Assembly (NCBI GenBank): GCA_964291265.2
Contig: OZ219747.1
Location: 1,632,001 to 1,696,000 of the forward strand
Direction of reading: 5' to 3'
Length of the DNA: 64,000 bases
Origin: Alphaproteobacteria bacterium
GTDB taxonomy: Bacteria; Pseudomonadota; Alphaproteobacteria; SP197
A program made the position numbers and the translations under genes. Below the pieces are notes generated by a model. That model saw only the letters and a program-made list of their open reading frames with translations, ran no database searches and was not told where the DNA came from. Every line of letters starts with the position of its first letter. Position 1 is the stretch's first letter. This document shows, piece by piece, positions 61,068 to 64,000 of this stretch.

Positions 61068-63010
61068 GGCGGGTCCTCGTGTGCCGGCGCGGCCGCGACG
61101 GCGGCCAGGAACGGCACGGCGAACTCCTTCAGCTTGGCCGCGCCCACGCCGTTGACCTCGGCGAACTCCGCCTCGGTGCGCGGGCGCCGGCGCACCATGT
61201 CGATCAGCGTCCGGTCGGGGAACACGACATAGGCCGGCACCCCGCGTTCCCGAGCGATCTCCAGACGCAATGCCTTGAGGGCGCCCAGCAGCGCCGCGTC
61301 CTCACCGGCAAGGGCCGGTTCTCCGGCTTCGCCGCGGACCGCGCCGCTTGCCCGGGCCCTTGCAGGCGAGCGCACGACCACGGTGTCCGCGCGGTAGAGG
61401 AATTCGCCGTCGCCGCGCAGCAGGCCCAGCCCCTTCTCCGTGATTACGATCCCCCCGTAGCCCCCGATGTCGATCCGCAGGAACCCCGTCGCCACCATCT
61501 GGCGGATCAGCGAGCGCCACTCGTTCTTGCCGCGCGCCGCCCCCACCCCGAAGGTCGGAAGCCGGTCATGGCCGAGGCGCGCAATCTTGTCTGTCCCGGT
61601 TCCCCGCAGGACGTCGATCAGGTGCGCGGCGCCGAAGCGCTGGCCCGTCCGCCAGGCGGCCGAGAGGATCTTCAACGCCTCCTCGGTCCCGTCGATGCGG
61701 GCTGACGGATCGAGGCAGACATCGCAGTTGCCGCACGCCTGGGTCCGCTCCCCGAAATACTCCAGCAGGGTCACACGCCGGCAGGCCGGCGCCTCGCAAT
61801 AGCCCAGCAGGGCGTCGAGGCGCCTGTGCTCCCGGCGCTTGCGCTCCGGTCCCGCCTCCTCGTCCTCGATGAACTGGCGGCGCATCCTGATGTCTCCGAG
61901 GCCGTACAGCATGTGCGCCTCGGCCGGCGCGCCATCGCGCCCCGCCCGGCCAATCTCCTGGTAGTACGCCTCGACGCTGCCCGGCAGGTCGGTGTGGAAG
62001 ACATAACGCACATCCGCCTTGTCGATCCCCATGCCGAAGGCGATGGTGGCGACGATCACAACCCCCGGCTCGGTCATGAACATGTTCTGGTGCGCCTCCC
62101 GCTCCTCCTTCGCCATGCCTGCGTGGTAGGGCAGCGCGCGAACCCCCTCGGACACCAGCATCGCGGCGGTCTCCTCGGTCTTGCGGCGCGACAGGCAGTA
62201 GACGATGCCGCTCTCGCCCTCGTGGCGGGAGATGAAATTCACGAGCTGGCGTTTCCACTCGCGCTTCATCTCCACCGTGAGCCTGATGTTGGAACGGTCG
62301 AAGCCGAGCACGAACTGCTCGGCCTGTCCGCCGAACAGCTTGTCCACGATATCGCTCCGCGTCACCTCGTCCGCGGTCGCCGTCAGCGCCGCGATCGGGA
62401 CACCGGGGAAGAGGTCGCGCAACCGGCACAGATCCTCGTATTCCGGCCGGAAGGCCGGGCCCCACTGCGAGATGCAGTGGGCCTCGTCGATGGCGAAGAG
62501 CCGGACCGGAAGGCGGGCAAGCGCCGCCAGCATGCGTTCCGTCATCAGCCGCTCGGGGGCCATGTAGAGTAGCCGCGTCCGCCCCTCCGCCGCCCTCCGC
62601 CATGCCGCGACGTTGGTGCTCCTGTCGTTCGCGGAGCTGATGCAGTCGGCGGCAACCTCCGCCAGCCGGAGCGCCGACACCTGGTCCTGCATCAGGGCGA
62701 TGAGAGGCGACACCACGACCGTGAGCCCGTCCATGACCAGGGCGGGGATCTGGAAGCAGAGCGACTTGCCCGAGCCCGTCGGCATCACGGTGAGCGCATG
62801 CCGGCCGTCGAGCAGCGCGCCGATCACCGCCTCCTGACCGGGACGGAACTCCTCGAAGCCGAAGACCTCCCGCAGCGCCTCCTGCGCCGCATGCAACCGC
62901 CCTCCGTCCGGGACGGGGAGGTGCGTGTCCTCCGACGACGCTTCGATGTCCTTCGCAGACAGTCCAGGTGCGCTGCGACCGTCCGATCGAGAGGGAAACG
63001 CACTGTCCAT
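61064..63010 (-). CDS. recQ: ATP-dependent DNA helicase RecQ
   Basis: VFGFEEFRPGQ, MPTGSGKS, DEAHCISQWG..FRPEY, YYQEIGRAGRDG, Zn site CRR..CGNCDVC, RQC and one HRDC domain; start uncertain. Confidence 0.95.
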   Translation of the reverse strand: MDSAFPSRSDGRSAPGLSAKDIEASSEDTHLPVPDGGRLHAAQEALREVFGFEEFRPGQEAVIGALLDGRHALTVMPTGSGKSLCFQIPALVMDGLTVVVSPLIALMQDQVSALRLAEVAADCISSANDRSTNVAAWRRAAEGRTRLLYMAPERLMTERMLAALARLPVRLFAIDEAHCISQWGPAFRPEYEDLCRLRDLFPGVPIAALTATADEVTRSDIVDKLFGGQAEQFVLGFDRSNIRLTVEMKREWKRQLVNFISRHEGESGIVYCLSRRKTEETAAMLVSEGVRALPYHAGMAKEEREAHQNMFMTEPGVVIVATIAFGMGIDKADVRYVFHTDLPGSVEAYYQEIGRAGRDGAPAEAHMLYGLGDIRMRRQFIEDEEAGPERKRREHRRLDALLGYCEAPACRRVTLLEYFGERTQACGNCDVCLDPSARIDGTEEALKILSAAWRTGQRFGAAHLIDVLRGTGTDKIARLGHDRLPTFGVGAARGKNEWRSLIRQMVATGFLRIDIGGYGGIVITEKGLGLLRGDGEFLYRADTVVVRSPARARASGAVRGEAGEPALAGEDAALLGALKALRLEIARERGVPAYVVFPDRTLIDMVRRRPRTEAEFAEVNGVGAAKLKEFAVPFLAAVAAAPAHEDPP

Positions 63011-63468
63011 GGCGCGGAGAGACATGAGGTGAAGCCCTACCACGAATCGCCATGGCGAGCAATGGCCGCAGAAGTGGAGTTCAGGACCATCCTCCGCCCG
63101 ATTCCTCGCGAGTTCGGGCATCCGCTGGGATTGTGCACACCAAACGCATCCACCGCGACCAACGTCAATACAGACTCAGACCTGACGAGGTTCCTGGGCA
63201 CTCATCGTCACCCTTGACCGAACGCTTACCCTCATCGATGGCCTCTGTACCCTGAAGACTTCCGAGTGTCGTATCGATCCGGACTGATCATGGAACGCTC
63301 TGTGTGGCCGCGTGCCGAGAACTCATCCAACCATCACGTACGCGGCGAAGGTGATCGGCGGCATACCTCACTGAATTGCGGCGCCTGGAAGGGGTGTATG
63401 CTCAATGAAGTTGGGTTAAGGTAACCGCACCACTCAAGCATCGACGCATTCTCTCTCATATACAGACG

Positions 63469-63497
63469 CTGATACAACATGTTGCAGGCCCTGTCAA
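63469..63497 (-). promoter_or_regulatory. Putative sigma70 promoter facing recQ, with palindrome in the spacer
   Basis: Minus strand TTGACA-17 nt-TATCAG; spacer contains the perfect palindrome CAACATGTTG (63475-63484). Confidence 0.4.
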
Positions 63498-63611
63498 CAT
63501 CATCGCGGCCACCCATCCGACGATGGTCTATCGTTTGTCCATCGTTGTATTGTTGCACTCGGGGAAGCAGGGCACCCATCCCGGCATGAGCACCTTGGAC
63601 ACAATCCTTGC

Positions 63612-63639
63612 TTGTCAAAGGCGATTTCTGTGGTATAGA
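63612..63639 (+). promoter_or_regulatory. Putative sigma70 promoter for the RHH gene
   Basis: TTGTCA-16 nt-TATAGA with an extended -10 TG in a locally AT-rich tract. Confidence 0.45.
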
Positions 63640-63714
63640 AGAACGATATGAAACTTGACTGCTCAAGCATAATGTGAGAATCAACGAAGGTATTTTTTCC
63701 ACAGGAGGCCGATT

Positions 63715-64000
63715 GTGTCACCCCGCTTATCTGACCACAATGCCGCCACAGTTGCGATGACATCCGGACGGGGAAGACGCCAGCGCGCGGTCATGGCGAG
63801 CGATGCCGAATGGGAGCGGATCGCCCGTGCGGCGGCATCGGCCGGCATGGAGGTCTCGCGCTTCGTCGTCCACCGTGCGCTGATGCCGGACACCCTGCCG
63901 CCGGATGTGATGCGCCGCGCCGTGCGCGAGATCCTGGTGCTCTCGAAACTCGAGGAGCGGCGTCTGCGCGAAGTGGGCGCCGGCAATGCCTGGGACGATA
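63715..64000 (+). CDS. Ribbon-helix-helix / MobC-like protein, truncated by window end
   Basis: AGGAGG then GTG 63715; ..RQRAVMASDAEWERIARAAASAGMEVSRFVVHRAL fits an RHH beta-alpha-alpha pattern; not in the ORF track. Confidence 0.65.
   Translation, partial: MSPRLSDHNAATVAMTSGRGRRQRAVMASDAEWERIARAAASAGMEVSRFVVHRALMPDTLPPDVMRRAVREILVLSKLEERRLREVGAGNAWDD

Noticed and set aside
63405-63420. GAAGTTGGGTTAA resembling an IS1634-type end
   Set aside because: No matching partner end or transposase fragment found nearby.
1-64000. CRISPR arrays, rRNA genes, prophage genes, retrons or recoding signals
   Set aside because: No regularly spaced repeats, cas, reverse transcriptase, phage structural or rRNA sequence seen; no in-frame TGA read-through candidates in the oxidoreductases.

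Overview
High-GC bacterial DNA, probably alphaproteobacterial judging by the tRNA-Gly sequence and gene content (inference). Left part: the 5' end of a Bcr/CflA MFS gene and a complete respiratory nitrate reductase cluster (narK1-narK2-narGHJI plus a parvulin PPIase, minus strand). Divergent from it is an unusual HTH + DUF427 + DUF4379-like three-domain gene. Middle part: a dense catabolic and scavenging region with three peptide/nickel-type ABC systems, an orphan PotD-like binding protein, two Zn alcohol dehydrogenases, two PhyH dioxygenases, an IPNS-like oxygenase, a degenerate M24 enzyme, acyl-CoA dehydrogenase, CoA-transferase, TPMT, GST, an enolase-superfamily enzyme, a CitE-like lyase, a dimethylformamidase large-subunit homologue and tRNA-Gly(GCC). 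Right part: a Liv-type ABC system whose binding-protein gene is broken three times (an IS1634-derived mini-element, a +1 frameshift, and a complete ISNCY/IS5-like IS with a 6-bp target duplication). This is followed by a 2.35-kb IS4/IS50-like element carrying a DUF4338 (DruA-like) domain fused to its transposase, a translationally coupled recQ/type IA topoisomerase pair, and a divergent RHH/MobC-like gene cut by the window edge. Several eroded pseudogenes and a 335-bp segment bounded by a perfect 18-bp inverted repeat point to ongoing IS activity and gene decay. All calls come from reading motifs by eye; no database searches were run.
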